A DNA stretch of 64,000 bases, taken from the NCBI GenBank assembly GCA_965198115.1, contig OZ240241.1, forward strand, positions 38,323 through 102,322, read 5' to 3'. Each line of letters begins with the position of its first letter. Positions within the stretch are counted from its first letter, which is position 1. Under the pieces are notes generated by a model, which ran no database searches, was not told the origin of the DNA, and was given only the letters and a program-made list of their open reading frames with translations. This document shows positions 53,105 to 62,367 of this stretch, in pieces. A program made the translations under genes and the position numbers. This DNA comes from Candidatus Latescibacterota bacterium. Its GTDB lineage: Bacteria > Latescibacterota > UBA2968.

Positions 53105-53970
53105 CTATTCGATGCCTACGATGCTGACATTGCCTGACTCGTCCACATCGAGGTAGGGCACTGTGCCCCCTGTGCCCGCTGTAAGGACCCCACATGACCG
53201 CGAGCTGTTCGTCGCTCATGTCGTCGACGGTTTCGGTATCCCAGAAAACATTCGGCGGAGAGACGATATTGCCAGATCTGACTGACCTTCGGTTGGCGAA
53301 CTTGTAGAGGATCGAGCGGCGCTCGTGGTCGTTTCGCCACGGGAAGGTACCGTGCGTCTGGGCACCATCCATGAAAAATAAAACATCGCCCGGCATGGCA
53401 GCGGGCTGGATCACCGTGCCCATGTGATCGTCGCAACTCGTGACCCCGTCGGGCGGATCGAAGTCCGACTTGGCTACCTGGCACGCACGCGAAACCGCCC
53501 TGACCTTCGATCACCTCAGCAAGCTGCCAGGAGACCGTCACGCCTCCAACGTAAGGTTCGCCCTGATGATGGTAACCGACGTAGGGCTTGTGAGGTGCGC
53601 CAGAGCCGTGCAGCCGATGTCCCGATGTGCCTTTGACGCCGCCGATAAACTGAGGCCCGTGGTCAAGACGGAAACCGGGTCCACACATCACGCGAAGCCG
53701 GTCTACGACAGCGGGGTGAACAAGCATCCTCCTAAAGATGTCGCAGTGCGGCTTATCGAGGTTGAGCAGTTGCGTACCACCCATGCTTGGGCGTCCTATG
53801 CCTTGCAAACTCTGAGAACCGCGTGAGAGCCGGTTGGGTTCACCGGGGTTGATACGGTCCGAATAGGCATCGATGGCGGTGTTGGCCGCGTCCAATTCGT
53901 CTTTCGTGAGAACGCCTCGCAGGATGAGATGCCCGCTCAGGTCCCAGAAGTAGCGTTCTTTCGATGTCAT
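53105..53970 (-). pseudogene. PhyH-family oxygenase, paralog 6, at least two frameshifts
   Basis: MTSKERYFWDLSGHLILRGVLTKDELDAANTAI...GGFACVPGS is in one frame. ...MGTVIQPAAMPGDVLFFMDGAQTHGTFPWRNDHERRSILYKFANRRS...AVMWGPYSGHRG is in a second frame (ORF 53040..53423). TVPYLDVDESGNVSIVGIE* is in a third, and that last shift sits at a G5 run (CAGGGGGCAC). Confidence 0.75.
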
Positions 53971-54058
53971 GCCGTCGGTCCTATCCGGCTTTCGTTCTGT
54001 TGGCGTGAGTCGTCTGGTACCAAGCCAAAATGTAGGCCAGATCGGTCCCGTCTGGGTG

Positions 54059-54901
54059 TCAGTTTCCGAGTCCCTCGATGATGCCCCTGAGGTAGCCAAT
54101 GCTTCGAGCCGCGATGGTCTGGGGATCGGGTTTGAAGTCGAATACTTCGACCGACACGTAACCATCGTAATGGCGATCCTTCAGTGCACGTAGAATCGAG
54201 CCGAACTGCAGATCCCCGAAACCGGGTCCCTTCAAGTTGGGGTCGTTGACGTGAACGTGACGCATCGCTTTTCCGGCCTGGGCAATGACGTCGACGTGGG
54301 GTCTGTTCTCTGCTGTCGCGGCCTTGGTGTCGACCATCGTTTGAAAATTCGGATGGCCGACGGCGTCAACGAACTGAAGGGCCTCGCCGATTGAATTGAG
54401 GATGTTGGTCTCTTTCGTGGTCAAGGCTTCAATGCAGTAGGTGACATCATTCCTTTCGAGCTCTCTCGTCACGCCGGAAAACACGTCGACCGCATGGTTC
54501 CAGCAGGATTCTCGATCCCAGCCCTTTTGGATGTTTCGTTGAGCAGGTGACCCGTGGATCATCACTTTTCCGCCGAGGTCGCCGCAGAAGTTGATCAGGG
54601 CTTTGATATAATCTCGCGTTTTCTTTCTAATGGCGTTGTCTGGATGCGTCAGGTAAAGACCCTTGGGGCTCGCGAGCAGCCAGTGTAGTCCGACGATCTC
54701 GACGCCTGCCCTTTCAGCAGCACGCCGGATGTTCCGTCGACGGGTGGCGCTGATTCGGGTCACGCTCTGAGCGAGCGTGAAAGGGGCGATTTCGACCCCT
54801 TCGCAACCGATCTCAGCTGCATAGTTGAAGACTTTTTCGATCCGCCAACCCTCGAAGAATTCGTTACAGACAGCCAGTTTCATCAGAGTGCTTCCTTTCA
54901 T
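54059..54901 (-). CDS. sugar phosphate isomerase/epimerase (xylose-isomerase-like TIM barrel)
   Basis: MKLAVCNEFFEGWRIEKVFNYAAEIGCEGVEIAPFTL...GLHWLL...IHG...HVHVND...GYVSVEVFDF follows the AP_endonuc_2/TIM-barrel pattern. The start may be the internal ATG at 54883. Confidence 0.8.
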   Translation of the reverse strand: MKGSTLMKLAVCNEFFEGWRIEKVFNYAAEIGCEGVEIAPFTLAQSVTRISATRRRNIRRAAERAGVEIVGLHWLLASPKGLYLTHPDNAIRKKTRDYIKALINFCGDLGGKVMIHGSPAQRNIQKGWDRESCWNHAVDVFSGVTRELERNDVTYCIEALTTKETNILNSIGEALQFVDAVGHPNFQTMVDTKAATAENRPHVDVIAQAGKAMRHVHVNDPNLKGPGFGDLQFGSILRALKDRHYDGYVSVEVFDFKPDPQTIAARSIGYLRGIIEGLGN

Positions 54902-55209
54902 TGACTCGGGCGTTCTGCCTTGTTCGGGCTCGCCGACCGCATCCTATCCGAGGGTGTTCAGATCTGACTCGCCGGTTTGGTTACCTCGATCAATACTCTG
55001 CCAGAGGGTTGGCCGACGATGAAGGACTTCGTAAGGGTGGGAGTTGGATCTGGGGGGAGCTGATCGTGTTCCCCGAGCCACACGAGCTCGTGGCTTCGCG
55101 CCCTGCGATTTCTAAACCGCTTGACAGCTCAATTTCGATTCGATAAGATAAGTTGCACATTTTGATAGGCTTGGCAAGTCTTACACGTGGTGCTGAAAGG
55201 CTGTAACCC

Positions 55210-55977
55210 ATGGCAGACGAAACACCGACGAGCAGTTCAGACCATATCATCGAGATTCGTGAGGTCTGGAAAACGTACCGCATGGGGGATCAGGAGGTCC
55301 ACGCGCTTCGAGGCGTTACGCTCGATGTGATTCGCGGTGAGTACCTCTCGATTATGGGTCCGTCGGGGAGTGGGAAGACCACTCTCTTCAACATGATTGG
55401 CGCACTGGACAAGCCGACCAAGGGGCACGTTCTGGTAAACGGCGCAGACATGGGTTCGCTCAGCCAGGAGCAGGTGGCCTACTTGCGATGTCACAACGTG
55501 GGTTACATTTTCCAGTCGTTCAACCTCATCCCGGTCATGACGGCCCTCGAGAACGTGTCCCTCCCGATGGTTTTCTCGGGAATGGGAAGGAAGGAATACG
55601 AGGATAAGGCCGAGTCCAAGCTCGAACTCGTGGGCCTACAAGATCGGCTCAGCCACAAACCGTTCGAACTCTCAGGGGGTCAGCAACAGCGTGTCGCGAT
55701 TGCTAGAGCGATGGCCAACGATCCGGGATTGATCCTCGCGGACGAGCCCACCGGTAACCTGGACCTGAAGACCGGTCAGGATATTATCGAACTGTGTGTT
55801 AGGCTTCGTGAAGAATCGGGCGTCACCATCGTGAGCAACACCCACGACCACAAGATGCTGACCGCATCCGATCGAGTGGTCGACCTGAGAGACGGCCAGG
55901 TGGAGAGGATCCGACTTCGCGATGAGATCGAGATCCAAGAAGGGACGATCGAAGGTATCGAGGGCGTGGAAGTGTAG
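55210..55977 (+). CDS. ABC transporter ATP-binding protein (MacB/LolD-type)
   Basis: Walker [17 protein letters not shown]-loop FQSFNL, signature [16 protein letters not shown], Walker [13 protein letters not shown] and H-loop THD. No adjacent permease gene. Confidence 0.88.
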   Translation: MADETPTSSSDHIIEIREVWKTYRMGDQEVHALRGVTLDVIRGEYLSIMGPSGSGKTTLFNMIGALDKPTKGHVLVNGADMGSLSQEQVAYLRCHNVGYIFQSFNLIPVMTALENVSLPMVFSGMGRKEYEDKAESKLELVGLQDRLSHKPFELSGGQQQRVAIARAMANDPGLILADEPTGNLDLKTGQDIIELCVRLREESGVTIVSNTHDHKMLTASDRVVDLRDGQVERIRLRDEIEIQEGTIEGIEGVEV

Positions 55978-56025
55978 GGCTCGGTTGGCGCGGAGCAGTT
56001 GTCCTTCACCGAACTGGGTATAATG

Positions 56026-56053
56026 AAGGCCGGTCAGTAATCTGACCGGCCTT
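56026..56053. terminator. 12-bp-stem hairpin between convergent genes
   Basis: AAGGCCGGTCAG-TAAT-CTGACCGGCCTT followed by TCTCGTGTTT. It lies between the stop of 55210..55977 (+) and the stop of 56081..56266 (-). Confidence 0.6.
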
Positions 56054-56080
56054 TCTCGTGTTTGGCAAGGTTCGGAATGG

Positions 56081-56266
56081 CTATTTCTGAGGGTGCAGAA
56101 GATCGTAATAGCCGTTTTGTTCAAGGCGGTGGATCATGTCTCGTATGATCGACCCATCAACCCTGAAGATCTCCGAGATCTGTTCCGGCGTGTTGCCTTG
56201 ACGCACGAGTTCGATCAAGCGATCCCTGTCGACAACCTTCTCTGGCACTGACATTTCTCTGTCCAT
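56081..56266 (-). CDS. small hypothetical protein (61 aa), HTH-like
   Basis: ...DRDRLIELVRQGNTPEQISEIFRVDGSIIRDMIHRLEQNG resembles a short helix-turn-helix. It is co-directional with the two repeat-protein genes upstream. Confidence 0.4.
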   Translation of the reverse strand: MDREMSVPEKVVDRDRLIELVRQGNTPEQISEIFRVDGSIIRDMIHRLEQNGYYDLLHPQK

Positions 56267-56340
56267 CCTGTTCGTTTATCATTCGCTGCGAGTCCCAACT
56301 CCGCACAAGAAAGCCTCTTGGCGATTCTGCGTCAACCGTA

Positions 56341-56389
56341 CTCAAGCCAAAGGGCCACCGGCAATGCGCCGGTGGCCCTTTGGCTTGAG
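56341..56389. other. 21-bp-stem perfect hairpin in the intercistronic gap
   Basis: CTCAAGCCAAAGGGCCACCGG-CAATGCG-CCGGTGGCCCTTTGGCTTGAG. It lies between the stop at 56420 and the start at 56266 on the minus strand. No U-tract follows in the minus direction, so it may be a processing or stability element rather than a terminator. Confidence 0.6.
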
Positions 56390-56419
56390 GTTTCGCTTTC
56401 GGGTTGCCCCTGCGTGCGA

Positions 56420-57527
56420 TCAGTGAGCGGGGGGAGGACCCGGCGGCGTGTTGGTCGAAAGTGCGTGCTGTAGCCTCTCGATCTCCATTCTCGAATCTTC
56501 GATCCCCTTGTCGGCAAGCGCCATAGCATCCATGGTGCCTGGCTCGGGAGCGGGTGCAGCACCAGGGCCGTGTTCGGGAGCATCGAAGAAATGGAGGACT
56601 TCCGCGACCGTGCCGGAATGCTCGGGAGCCGTACCGAGGAAGGCCTTCGTCTGCTCGAGCGTCACGATCGCATTCTCGTGGGCTCGGATGCCGGCTTCGG
56701 CACCCTGTCGCCAGTCACCCGTGCCGAATGCGCCCTCGATTTGCTTCATCATCTCGAGAGTACCGCTGAACGCAGGCTGAAGCGCTTCGGGGAGTCTGCC
56801 GATCATCTCTTCCGCCATTGCCCACCACTCGGGACCCGGGGCGTTATCGGGTCCACCCTCGTGATGACCGGGTTCCCCACCCATCATGCCGGGATCGTGC
56901 CCCGGAGGTGGCATGTGACCTGGGTCGCCGCCAGGAGGCGGCATATGACCTGGGTCGCCGCCAGGAGGCGGCATGTGTGCCGGATCGTGGCCGCCCGGAG
57001 GTGGCATATGACCTGGGTCGCCACCTGGAGGCGGCATGTGCGCTGGATCGTGGCCGCCTGGCATTTGGCCAGACCTGACCATCTCGAGTTCTGCCTTCGC
57101 CTCGTCCAGCATCATCTGGCAGAGTCCGATTGGATCCGACGGAGCCGGCATCGGGGCCTCACCAGGCATGGGCTGGTTGAAGAAGCTCAGAACGCCGTGC
57201 ACCTTCTGTGCATCGTCGGGCGTAGCCCCGTTGAGGAAAGCGAGGGTCTGTTCAAGCGTTCCAACGATCGACTCGTGCAGCTGAATGGCCATTGGTTGCA
57301 TCGATGCGGGATCTGCGCCCGTGCCGTGCGTTTCCCTCAACTGTCGCCAGATAGGTGGGCTGCAAGGCAGCTGGCAATGTCTGCGCCTGCTGCACGGCCT
57401 CCTCGATCGTCCACGGGGGCATGTGATCCCCCGGTGGCGGGCCCTCGTGATGAGCGGCCTGGCTAACGGCTACCGGCAGCGCGACCAGGGCCACGAGCAG
57501 TAGACCGATAAACGGCGAGCGGTTCAT
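56420..57527 (-). pseudogene. secreted His/Met/Pro-rich repeat protein with two copies of a helical module (one frameshift)
   Basis: A signal peptide MNRSPFIGLLLVALVALPVAVSQA is followed by module 1 (LPAALQPTYLATVE / shift near 57335..57350 / LRETHGTGADP...TLEQTLAFLNG...VLSFFNQP). Then come six GG(H)DP(G/A)HMPPP repeats and module 2 (LPEALQPAFSGTLE...TLEQTKAFLGT...VLHFFDAP). The frameshift could be a sequencing error. Confidence 0.6.
56886..57064. repeat. coding tandem repeat, 30/33-bp period
   Basis: GGCATGTGACCTGGGTCGCCGCCAGGAGGC-type units repeat head to tail. On the minus strand they encode HMPPPGGDPG / HMPPPGGHDPA. Confidence 0.85.
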
Positions 57528-57597
57528 GGATTGATCTCCTCCGTTTGGAGTTGAGTGATGCCATCCCGGCGGAACATCACGACGTGGGGTCGTGATA

Positions 57598-58860
57598 TCA
57601 CCGCTCCTGTTCCAGATGGCGGATTTCTTCTTCCACCTCCTGGATCATTCTCCTCACCATCTGTTCGACATCCATATTGTCGGGGCCTCCGCCCATTCCT
57701 TCGTTTCCACGGCGTGGGCGGGGTCGATGCCCCGGACCTTCATCGCCTTGTTCGTGGAAGAACCGGAGGACCCTCCCAATCCTGGTCTTTTCGTCGTCGC
57801 TTGCCCGGGACAGATACTCCTTCGTCGTTTCGAGTGTTCGACGTATGCTCCTGAGCATTGTCAGTTCGGCCTGTATGTGAGCTCGCTCGGATTTCTCCTC
57901 TGTTTGCAGCGTGCTCATGAAGGATTCTTGAAGTTCGGCCGGCAGTTCTTGGATGATCGTCGCGGGATCAGGACCGTCTTCGTGCGGGCGTCCGTGCGGC
58001 CGATCCGATCCTGGTGGAGGCTCGAATCCCTGGCCCGGATGGCCAGGCCCGGGTGGATTTCCGAATCCACGTCCCGGCTGTCCCTCGCCTGGCGGATTCT
58101 GGAATCCTTGTCCCGTTCCTCTGTCGCCCGGGGGATCCTGGAAACCACGCCCTGGTCGACCTTCTCCCTGGGGATTCTGGGGTCCACCTCCAGTACGTCC
58201 CCGTCCCGGGGGGTTCTGGAATCCGCCCCCAGGCTGGCCCTGATCCGGTGGGTTTTGAAATCCCTGCCCGTGGCCCTGCCCAGGTGGAGGTTGAAAGCCC
58301 TGGGGGGGAGGCTGGTGGTCGGGCGGGTTATGAAAGCCACTCTGGCCGTCGGACCCCGCTGGCGCTCCCTGAGCGTTGACCAAGCGCACGCGGGCGTCTG
58401 CCTCGAACTGCCGCGTGCCCTGCTGGGAACCGAAGGATCCTCGTACGACGCTGATCTCCGCATCGCCACTCAGACTACGCGCAGCTTCGAAGCGAAACTT
58501 GCCGAGCGACCCTGCGTCCTCCGTCAGGGTGCGGCCGCCCATGATGGCTGTGCTGACGACCACGCTTTCTGGAGTCGTCCTCGGCGGCATAGAGAGGGCG
58601 CCCGTCATCATTCCACCTGCCTGAAAGCCTTTGAAAATCACTTGCTTGGGATCGAATGCGACTTCGATTTCGAATCCGATCATCCCGGTAGCCCCTCCCG
58701 TTGCCAGGAGCTCGACTTCGACCATTTCACCCGGTTCAACCGTGCGTTCCCGGACCCCCTGATCCCCGGGTGATGCGTCCAGGTCGAGCAGAACCTGTCC
58801 GGCCGCAGTCGAGGCGCACATAGCGACTACGAGACCGGCGATAACGATTAGGCGATTCAT
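57598..58860 (-). CDS. secreted protein: cohesin-like beta domain + GFQNPPG repeat region + C-terminal helical module
   Basis: I chose ATG 58860 (MNRLIVIAGLVVAMCASTAAGQ signal peptide). Residues ~25-170 (VLLDLDASPGDQGVRERTVEPGEMVEVELLATGGATGMIGFEIEVAFDPKQV...) resemble type-I cohesin domains. They are followed by ~10 degenerate G-F-Q-(N/D/P)-P-P-G repeats. The C-terminal LPAELQESFMSTLQ...TLETTKEYLS...VLRFFHEQ is homologous to the modules of the neighbouring gene. Confidence 0.65.
   Translation of the reverse strand: MNRLIVIAGLVVAMCASTAAGQVLLDLDASPGDQGVRERTVEPGEMVEVELLATGGATGMIGFEIEVAFDPKQVIFKGFQAGGMMTGALSMPPRTTPESVVVSTAIMGGRTLTEDAGSLGKFRFEAARSLSGDAEISVVRGSFGSQQGTRQFEADARVRLVNAQGAPAGSDGQSGFHNPPDHQPPPQGFQPPPGQGHGQGFQNPPDQGQPGGGFQNPPGRGRTGGGPQNPQGEGRPGRGFQDPPGDRGTGQGFQNPPGEGQPGRGFGNPPGPGHPGQGFEPPPGSDRPHGRPHEDGPDPATIIQELPAELQESFMSTLQTEEKSERAHIQAELTMLRSIRRTLETTKEYLSRASDDEKTRIGRVLRFFHEQGDEGPGHRPRPRRGNEGMGGGPDNMDVEQMVRRMIQEVEEEIRHLEQER
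58003..58341. repeat. coding low-complexity repeat (GFQNPPG units)
   Basis: On the minus strand: GFHNPPDHQPPPQGFQPPPGQGHGQGFQNPPDQGQPGGGFQNPPGRGRTGGGPQNPQGEGRPGRGFQDPPGDRGTGQGFQNPPGEGQPGRGFGNPPGPGHPGQGFEPPPG. Confidence 0.8.
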
Positions 58861-58950
58861 TTTATACCTCCTCGGCCGACAAAGACGACTGCCGGCACAG
58901 AGTGGATAGAGCACCAAACCCGTTGAACTGTGTGGGCTCTACTGAAGGTC

Positions 58951-60225
58951 CTAAGTGCATGGGTTCATAAACATTATTACGTATGTCCTGAACATTATTT
59001 GTAGCTTATGTTCTCCTTCAAAAGGAGGAGAACAATGCCAAGACGTTCGCCTTATGTGGTGCTACTGTCTGAGAAGGAACGGGTCGACCTCGAGCGAATG
59101 GCTGGACAATATACGTTATCGTATTATCAAGTGATCCGATCGAAAATCGTGCTTCTCGCCGCCGAGGGATTATCCAACAAGATTATCGCCCAACGCGGTT
59201 GGATGTCCCGCGTCCGATCGTAAGCAAATGGCGTAAGCGCTTTTTCGAAGAGCGTCTTTCGGGACTCGAAGATAGATCTCGTCCCGGGCGCCCGCCCGGT
59301 TTTCCCCCCTCAGGTGGTCGTTCAGATCAAGGCGCTGGCGTGTGAACTACCGAGCGAGAGCGGGATACCGCTCTCGCGGTTCAGCTGTTCCGAGATTGCC
59401 GCCGAGGCAGTGCAAAGGGGCTTCGTTGCCAAGATCAGCGGCGCCACTGTCTGGCGCTGGTTGAACGAGGACGCGATTCGTCCTTGGTATCATCGTTCCT
59501 GGATTTTCCCACGGGACCCGGACTTCCAAACCAAAGCAGGTAGAGTCCTTGATCTGTATCACCGCCAATGGCAAGGAAAGCCTTTAGGGCCGAGGGAATA
59601 TGTACTTTCTGCCGACGAAAAGACCAGTATTCAAGCACGAGCTCGCAAGCACGTTACCCTACCGCCAGCCTCGAACAGAGCGGCACGCGTTGAAACACGA
59701 ATACGAGCGGAAAGGAGCCCTGGCCTATCTGGCTGCTCTCGACGTGCACAATGGTCGAATCTTCGGTCTCTGTGAGTCTTCTTCGGGTATCGAGCCCTTC
59801 AACCGGCTCCTGAGCCTGATCATGAGCCGGAAACCCTATTGCTCGGCAAAGAAAGTCTACCTCATCGTGGATAATGGCTCCTCGCACCGAGGGCAAACAT
59901 GCATCGACCGTATCCGGGGGAAGTGGCCAAACATCCACCCCGTTCACCTTCCGATCCACGCAAGCTGGCTCAATCAGATCGAGATCTACTTCTCGATCCT
60001 CAAACGCAAGGCTCTGACACCTATCGAATTTGCATCGCTCGAAGAGCTTGAGGCAAGAATCCTCGGTTTTCAGGAACGCTACGGACGTATCGCCACACCC
60101 TTCAAATGGAAGTTCACACGAACAGATCTCGCGGAGATGATCGACAAACTCAGGTTCTACGATACGCCCTTGGCAAAGTCTGCTTAGAATACGTCACCGT
60201 ATTTGAGAACAGGAGTACTAAGTAT
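58951..60225 (+). mobile_element. IS630-family IS, copy 2 (about 1275 bp, degraded)
   Basis: Colinear with 39054..40325. It has extra CG at about 59196 (CAACGCGGTTGG versus CAACGGTTGG) and an extra A at about 59693 (GTTGAAACACG versus GTTGAACACG). Confidence 0.85.
59035..60187 (+). pseudogene. IS630-family transposase with two additional frameshifts
   Basis: Track ORFs 59008..59223, 59314..59775 and 59600..60187 together cover the protein that two frames encode in copy 1. Confidence 0.8.
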
Positions 60226-60305
60226 ACCGATGGATGTGGTCTCCGCACAGTGATAATCGTCACCGCGCCGCAGTGATGTCCGTCACCGAATGGGCGAAAA
60301 ATCGT

Positions 60306-60345
60306 GAAAAAACAAAAAAAGGCACACGTGGCGAGCACGTGCACC
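60306..60345 (-). terminator. rho-independent terminator of tRNA-Phe
   Basis: On the minus strand: GGTGCACGTG-CTCGC-CACGTGTGCC followed by TTTTTTTGTTTTTT, starting 12 nt after the tRNA 3' end. Confidence 0.75.
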
Positions 60346-60357
60346 CTTCGAAAGAGG

Positions 60358-60433
<76 letters not shown>

Positions 60434-60724
60434 CCCGTCTCCTTCGATCGCGTCGGCAGGACCTCCGCGACAAGGGCAGAAAATAAAGAAATCCAGTTCG
60501 AGGGTCAAGCTCACGGCACTGGAGGCAAAGGGTGTACCTCGCCCTATGGGCCTACCGAATCGCCAGCTCCAGCCGCTTCCGGTGGCTGAATCCTGTCACT
60601 ACGTGGCTGATATTTTACCAGTCAGCGGGGAGTGGTGCTTGTGGTTTGACGGGCCGGGTGGAGTCCGGTATTTTCCCGCGCCTTTCCCTGCAAATCATAC
60701 TCCCATTTACTGTTAGACGAATCG

Positions 60725-61735
60725 ATGAGTGCTCAGCCCGAGTTCGCCGGGGCCCAATCCGATCGAACGGTGGTCCCATCTGAGGACGAGATCGGGTCTC
60801 TGTCCCTCCGGTTCGTACTCCTCGGATTGGCTCTGGTCCTCGTGCTGGATGCCGTGGCGATCCACGTGCGGTACGTGTATCGCGGGTCTCTGATGACCTA
60901 TAGCCACGTGCCCATGGCGATGCTCATGGTGTTGATCCGTCGGGTCAACAGGTGCGGCTGTTCGGGAAAATTCACCTGCTTCTCGATATCGACGCCCAGG
61001 TCCTCGTATCGATCGAGTGCGTTTCGATCGTGATGGTTCCGGGCGGGTATCGGGCCATTTCGCCCTACTACTACCTCAGCGACGTGTCGCCCAGAGAACT
61101 GTAGACACCGGGCAACGAGGAAGGACAATGAGGCGTGCCCAACTTGGGTGGAGAACGAGAACCAAACAGTTCGGCATCGCGAAGCTCTTTCCCTACGATC
61201 GGCGAGGTCACGCACCCTTCTCGTGATGCCGTGTGCGGTCCTCGTTCCGGCCGAGCGGCAACTGATCTACGAGTTCGAAGTGGACAAGGTGGCCTCGTTC
61301 GACGGATCGTTCTTGCAATCCTCCGATGACCGGCCCATACTATTCGACGCGCTGAAACCCAAGATCATAGGGGTGGGGTTCGTCGTGGGGATCACGATTT
61401 TCGTGGTTCCGTCGATCTTCGGACTGCCCATCCTTCTGGTCTTCGGCTACATTCAAAGTCTGACACAGATCCCGCACGTTCTGGTGACACAGATCGTCGG
61501 CGCGTTACTCGCTCGTTTCTACTTCTGGAAGAAGTACGGCCGCCAACAGTGGCGACTTTATGCGGCGGTCCTCGTGGTCGGCTCCTCCGTGGGAATGGCA
61601 CTCGTGGGAATGGCCCCGGTGTCGGTCGCGATGATCCAGAAGTCCGTTTCCGTCCTGCTCTTCTATTCCTTCGGCCCATGTCCAACACTCCCGAATTCGA
61701 ATTCCTTCGACAGGTGTCGCTGTTCGATTGTCTGA
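60725..61735 (+). pseudogene. polytopic membrane protein, apparently disrupted in the middle
   Basis: The N-terminal part is ...LSLRFVLLGLALVLVLDAVAIHVRYVYRGSLMTYSHVPMAMLMVL (ORF 60725..). The C-terminal part is ...IIGVGFVVGITIFVVPSIFGLPILLVFGYIQSLTQIPHVLVTQIVGALLARFYFWKKYGRQQWRLYAAVLVVGSSVGMALVGM (ORF 61148..61735). Both are TM-rich, but about 61000..61150 shows no continuous frame between them. I do not recognise the family. Confidence 0.3.
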
Positions 61736-62367
61736 CCGACGACGAGGTCGAGGGATTGGCCGACGTGGCTGGCAGTCAGAACTTCAGCAAGAACGCGCTG
61801 GTCATTCTGGCCGAAGACGAAGGAGACGCCTTCTTCCTGATTAAGAAGGGTCGTGTTAAAGTGAGTGTGACCGGCCGAGACGGACGGGAGATCATTCTGT
61901 CTCTTCTGGACGCCGGAGAATATTTCGGCGAGTTCTCTCTGTTGGACGGTCGTCCACGCTCCGCGGATGTGACGACCCTGGACCCCTCCGAACTACTCGT
62001 CGTTCGCCGGCAAGACTTCCTCACCGTCATCCAGCAGCATTCGGCCATTCCCATCAACCTGATGATCACGCTCGCAGGACGTCTGAGGAACTCCGACAGA
62101 CAGGTTGCCGGGCTCGCGCTGCTGGGCATTTCCGAACGTATCTGCTGTGTGTTGCTGTCGATCGCCGAAGAACAGGGCGTGGAAACGGACGAGGGGATCG
62201 TTATCAAACAGCGCCCGACACACCAGGTGCTGGCAGCCATGTCCGGTACGGCCCGCGAAACGATCACCCGCGTGATGCGTCGTTTGGCGGACGAAGGTTA
62301 CATTCGGTCGAAGGGACGCGAATTGATCATCCTCAAACAGGCGGAGGACGATGCAGAATCTCTCTGA
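61678..62367 (+). CDS. Crp/Fnr-family transcriptional regulator
   Basis: I chose ATG 61678 (MSNTPEFEFLRQVSLFDCLTDDEVEGLA...). It has a cNMP-binding barrel (GDAFFLIKKGRVKVSV...GEYFGEFSLLDGRPRSADVTTL) and a C-terminal HTH (THQVLAAMSGTARETITRVMRRLADEGYI). Confidence 0.88.
   Translation: MSNTPEFEFLRQVSLFDCLTDDEVEGLADVAGSQNFSKNALVILAEDEGDAFFLIKKGRVKVSVTGRDGREIILSLLDAGEYFGEFSLLDGRPRSADVTTLDPSELLVVRRQDFLTVIQQHSAIPINLMITLAGRLRNSDRQVAGLALLGISERICCVLLSIAEEQGVETDEGIVIKQRPTHQVLAAMSGTARETITRVMRRLADEGYIRSKGRELIILKQAEDDAESL

Noticed and set aside
53971-54165. 65-codon upstream extension of PhyH paralog 6 (track ORF 53116..54165)
   Set aside because: All six paralogs start at the conserved M..(K/R)ERY(Y/F)(W/F)DL motif. 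The extension overlaps the 3' end of the isomerase gene region and has no homology.
56886-57064. Possible CRISPR array, because of regular ~30-bp repeats
   Set aside because: The units are contiguous, with no spacers. They are in frame and translate to HMPPPGGDPG repeats inside a protein. No CRISPR array or cas gene is visible anywhere in the window.
56570-58773. Large + strand ORFs (298 aa at 56570..57466 and 393 aa at 57592..58773)
   Set aside because: They are antisense to the two repeat-protein genes. Their Arg/Trp/Pro-rich composition is the mirror of the Pro/Gly-rich repeats, and they have no signal peptide or motif logic.
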